Shown in pieces: positions 8,981-13,074 of a stretch of DNA of 13,074 nucleotides. Position numbers and translations under genes: made by a program. Every line of letters begins with the position of its first letter. The first letter of the stretch is position 1. Where the stretch lies: assembly GCF_006345805.1 (NCBI RefSeq), contig NW_021826407.1, positions 1 through 13,074 on the forward strand, written 5' to 3'. This DNA comes from Octopus sinensis (lineage: Eukaryota). The notes under the pieces are model-generated. The model was not told the origin of the DNA, did not search any database, and was given only the letters and a program-made list of their open reading frames with translations.

Positions 8981-8986
8981 AGTTAT

Positions 8987-9561
8987 TTAATAGACCTCAA
9001 TGTGGGCACAATTAGTTACGCGAAGCACATCAAGACGGTACTCGATTTCTTGCCATGTTCGCTGTAGGATAGCCTCATCAACGGTGGCAATGGCATTACG
9101 AATCCTTTGCTTCAAGTCAGCAATGTCTCGTACCTTTGTTTGATACACGATATCTTTTACATAACCCCATAAAAAGAAATCCAAGGGAGTGATATCTGGC
9201 GAATGCGGTGGCCATGGAATTGGCCCATTCCTTCTAATCCATCAGTCTGGAAATGTTTGATTGAGGAACTGACGAACATGCCGTCCCCAATGCTGTGGTG
9301 CACCATCTTGCTGGAAAATGATGATTGGTTGTAAATCAATCAGTTGTGGTGCCACATATTCGGTCAGAAGGTCGAAGTAAACATCTGTAGTAATTGTTGC
9401 CTCGTTGAAGAAAAATGGACCAATTATTCGATTGCACATGATTCCACACCACACATGCACGAATTGAAGGACTTTGTTCTGTAGTTTCGTTGAGTCTGAA
9501 CATCCGATTTTGTCTCAATAAACCAGGATACACATTGTGCCTTTTCATGAGGAGTAGCCAT
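8987..9561 (-). pseudogene. DD41D transposase remnant
   Basis: ATG at 9561: MATPHEKAQCVSWFIETKSDVQTQRNYRTK | PSIRA | VWCGIMCNRIIGPFFF...FQQDGAPQHWGRHVRQFLNQTFPD*WIRRNGPIPWPPHSPDITPLDFFLWGYVKDIVY...HIEVY*. There are 41 residues between the QQD aspartate and the PLD aspartate. The first catalytic D and most of the DNA-binding region are deleted; an internal stop lies at 9242-9244. Confidence 0.92.
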
Positions 9562-9984
9562 TTTATAGGGGTTCAGTGAATCAGTTTCCTTCCATCAACA
9601 GAGTATCTGAAACACAAAAATTTAATATCAATAAAAACTTTGATAAACAATTATTAAAATAAAATAAATCTGGTTAAAATATCTTATCAACTACCTTGGT
9701 AATATATTTTTTTAATTGTAAAGAGACTTTATGGACACCCTATACTTCAAGAATACAGCAAGGACATGGCTGAAGTCTGTTGAAGCTTACCATGAAATGG
9801 CGGGATGACCAACAAAATTTGCTGTTGTGGGCGTTAAGGGGTGGCTTATTAATTGGCCTACAACGGACGATGAACCCTCGCACCCAGTTTGTTCTCTCCC
9901 TTCCTTTTCTCTTTCTACGTCACTTTCATTTGTCCAAGCTGATACACTTCATTGTTAAGAATTATGCAACAGTTAATTACTTCT

Positions 9985-10054
9985 GTTTACGTTCTGAGTT
10001 CAATCCCAGCTGAGGTCACGCTTCTACTTTATTTGTCTAAAATAAAGTAGCAGA
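9985..10054 (+). mobile_element. Degenerate fragment of SINE family B
   Basis: TTTACGTTCTGAGTTCAATCCCAGCTGAGGTCAC resembles TTTGCATTCTGAGTTCAAATTCCGCCAAGGTCAAC at about 12957-12991. Short and diverged. Confidence 0.45.
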
Positions 10055-10105
10055 GATATTCTGCAACATTGTAAATTGTGCTCCTCGTTAAAATTATTAT
10101 TAAAA

Positions 10106-10167
10106 CTTCTTTCCCTTCCCCCTCTCTCTCCTCGCTCTCTCTCTCTCTCTCTCTCTTTTTCACTATC

Positions 10168-10240
<73 letters not shown>

Positions 10241-10525
10241 GTCTATCTGTCTCTCTGTCTGACTGTCTGTTTATCGCTTACTCTCTGTCTATGTCTGTCT
10301 CTCTCTCTGTCTGTCTCTGTCTCTGTCTCTCTCTTTCCGTATAACTGCCTCTGTTACTCTCTATTTCTCTCTGCCTCTATTTCTGTCTTTGCTTTCCTTC
10401 CTTCCTTCCTTCCTTCCTTCCTTCCTCCTTTTCTTTCTTTCTTTCTTTCTTTCTTTCTCTCTATCCTTCTCCCTCCCTCTCTCTCCTCCTTTCTCTTATT
10501 CTCTGTCCCCCCCCACCCGTCTCTA
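10106..10525. repeat. Compound pyrimidine microsatellite (CT)n-(CTAT)n-(CTGT)n-(CTTC)n-(CTTT)n
   Basis: Direct reading. It explains ORFs 10076..10939 and 10078..10344. Confidence 0.95.
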
Positions 10526-10623
10526 TTTTTTGCATTTAGGTCTAAATTTCGTTTAAACGTAATCGATTATTATTTCATTGTTGTTGAGTTAGAAATGTTA
10601 TTTCCCGTAAATAGTCTCACAGG

Positions 10624-10624
<1 letters not shown>

Positions 10625-10663
<39 letters not shown>

Positions 10664-10849
10664 ATCATCATCTTCATCATCATCAACAACAACAGCAGCA
10701 ATAACCGCACAGCTTCGTCAGCCAATCGGCGAGGGGCGGAGCCCCTATTATTTATTATTGATGTGTTTGTTGTTGTAGCTATTGCTGCTGTTGAACATTT
10801 TCTTTCTCATCATATTTATCATCTCACAACAACAACAAAAACCACCACC

Positions 10850-10903
<54 letters not shown>

Positions 10904-11681
10904 GGTATAAATTTATCACAGTGGATTGTTAATCAGTAGAATGGATGCTAAAGGTGGTGGTGGTCATGGTAGCCTTGGATGTGGCAGTAATTAGTGGTGC
11001 TGGAGATGATGGGGATGGTGGTGGTGGTTGTGGTTGTGATGGGCGGTGGATGTGAAGCCTGTTGTAATGATGTAGCAGCTAACGGTGGTGACGGAGGCAG
11101 GAGGCGAACTCGTGACCATGTTTATTAGGGTCATCCTTGTTATTTCGCTGATGGATTCGCCGTCACGTAACGCGGGCAGATTCCCCTCTCCCTACCGTCA
11201 CCGCCGCCACCGCCGCTGTCTTTGTCGCCGCCTCCACCGCCTCCACTGACTCCCCCGCCGCTGCCACTGCTCCTACCACTACTAAAACTACCACCACCAC
11301 CATCACCACCAATACCACCACCACCATCACCACCACTACCACCACCACTATCACTCCCAACACAACTACAACCATCACAGCATCCCTCTCCACTCCGCTA
11401 TTCCGTCGTCACGACGCCACCGATACCATCATTTCACATCCGGGTCTCTAATATTTTGAGTCATTAATTTGTGGGGATGAGTCAGATTTTAATCAACAAC
11501 AAAAACAACACGAACTCCAACGATACCGACAACAACAGTAATAGTATCAATTTTGATCAGCATCATCATCGTCGTCGTCATCATCATCATCATCATCATC
11601 ATCATCACCCTCATTATCATCCTCATTATCATCATCATCAGCATCATCATCATCATCGTCGTCGTCATCATCATCATCATC

Positions 11682-11719
<38 letters not shown>

Positions 11720-12150
11720 TATCATCGTAGTCGTCGTTGTCGTCATGGTCATCATTATCATCATCATCAGCAACAACAACAGAAGCAATTAACACCAGCA
11801 GCAACAGCTGTTGTAAGAACGACCATAACAACGAAAACGTACCTCCACCCTAACCACCAACTCCACCACCACCATCTACATAACTATTACCTCCACCCCT
11901 ACCATCACTGAAACCTCTATTATCACCGTCACCATCACCACTACTATCTACACACCCACGACTACTATGACCATGGCCACCACAACCAACACAACCTCCA
12001 CAACCATCATCGCCAACAACAATACACCGTTACTATCAGCATCCTCATCCCATCAACTCCACCACCACAACCACTACCACCACCACTGCCACCATCAACC
12101 CTACCAGCACTATCATCACTGCTATGATCAAATCCCTACCAATAACGTGA
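10625..12150. repeat. Mosaic trinucleotide low-complexity field (AAC, CAT, ACC, ACT, GCC, CAC; a GGT/GAT block at about 10950-11100)
   Basis: Direct reading. (CTA)n at about 10860-10903 and (CAT)n at about 11560-11770. Confidence 0.9.
10716..10752 (+). promoter_or_regulatory. Promoter-like motif cluster (CRE half-site, CCAAT box, GC box)
   Basis: CGTCA (10716-10720), AGCCAATCGG (10720-10729), GGGGCGGAGC (10733-10742), then AT-rich TATTATTTA. Motif match only. Confidence 0.3.
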
Positions 12151-12893
12151 AATAAGTACATGCTAAAAGCAGGAGCTACATCTCCCTCGAATTACACCTA
12201 TCATAATGTCTGTAAAAATGGAAGGACGCATTGGATAATGGAGTCGTAGAAACCTCCAAAACTATCTGATGGTCAGGGCTGGAATTTTTGTGGTAACAGA
12301 TACCCGTAACCAGAGTTCACCTAGTGTTAAGTAAGAATAATAGTCACTACCCCCATTGTGTAATTGTAAATAAACATAAGAAGCCAGAGATAATCTCAGC
12401 CTGACGGCATGACGCCAAGTTGTTCCTCATTAATTTTAAAGCAAACTATAGCAATGCAGGATGAAAAACTGCGGTACTGTAATCGGGGTCTGGATATCTG
12501 TGCAGGTTTCCAGTGCTAGGGCGTTTGTGTATTCTAGTTTAACTGTGATGTCTTCGCTATTCTTTGAACTTTGCTGTCTTCAAAGGCACTGAAAGAACAA
12601 AAAATATTTTTAAAAAACAGTCTTGTAATATATATATCGAAATAGGGCTTCGAAACAAAATCTACTACAAACAGCAATGAAATGTTATAAATATTTCACT
12701 GAAAGAAAGGAATAGAAGAGAGTTTAACTTTTAAGGTTGTGAACCTGAAGAAGAACTGCACCCCGGAGCGTTGATTTTTTCCACGCAATTTTATTACTTC
12801 GACGTTGAGGGATGAAACGGTTGTCAAATAATATTCCCGAATTTATTCAACGTTATTCCTTGTTCCTTATTTCCTGCATTATCACTCTGCTTC

Positions 12894-13074
12894 AAGGCGG
12901 AAACCTGCCGGATTCATCAGCGTGCCGGACAAAATGCTTAGTGGTTCACTTTCATGTTTGCATTCTGAGTTCAAATTCCGCCAAGGTCAACTTTGCCTTT
13001 CATCCTTCCGGAGTCAATTACAGGGGTCGATGTAACCGACTCAACCCATCCCACAACATTTCAGGCCTTGTGAA
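12894..13074 (+). mobile_element. tRNA-derived SINE, family B (runs off the window edge)
   Basis: AAGGCGG head, B-box-like GAGTTCAAATTCC (12967-12979), then GTCAACTTTGCCTTTCATCCTTCCGGAGTC and GGGGTCGATGTAACCGACT. Recalled as an octopus SINE; not verified by search. Confidence 0.75.

Larger units (their letters stand above)
8440..9742 (-). mobile_element. Internally deleted Tc1/mariner DD41D (rosa/Visitor-like) DNA transposon
   Basis: TA at 8438-8439 and 9743-9744. TIRs 8440-8549 and 9633-9742 align ungapped with 16 mismatches in 110 nt (manual count) and begin (C/T)AGGGTGTCC(G/A)TAAAGTC. A transposase remnant lies inside, with a nested SINE. Confidence 0.93.

Noticed and set aside
11163-12155. 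Poly-Asp, poly-His, poly-Pro and poly-Thr ORFs as acidic, metal-binding or mucin-like proteins
   Set aside because: Several frames on both strands are open because the repeat units lack stops. There is no non-repetitive domain or splice evidence. Only transcript or proteomic data could support them.
1-13074. CRISPR array, prokaryotic operon or novel defence system
   Set aside because: There is no regularly spaced repeat-spacer array, no gene-dense organisation and no intact enzyme gene.

Overview
This is AT-rich, microsatellite-dense eukaryotic DNA with no supportable intact host gene, RNA gene or CRISPR array. The repeat families and microsatellite load suggest a cephalopod, probably Octopus; this is inferred from recalled repeat families, not from a database search. 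The window is a set of decayed transposable elements: (1) two near-full copies, one internally deleted copy and one tail remnant of a tRNA-derived SINE; (2) a second SINE family at the right edge; (3) two R4/Dong-clade non-LTR fragments, an internal RT piece at about 3850-4624 (-) and a 5'-truncated endonuclease/3' end at 7533-7905 (+) lying inside (TAA)n; (4) the left half of a decayed pogo/Tigger transposon at 5911-7164 (-); (5) an internally deleted Tc1/mariner DD41D (rosa/Visitor-like) element at 8440-9742 with 110-bp TIRs, TA on both flanks and a nested SINE. Most ORFs in the supplied track are artefacts of simple repeats. I found no evidence of a new biological system. The points most worth following up are transposon biology and a compact promoter-like motif cluster at 10716-10752.
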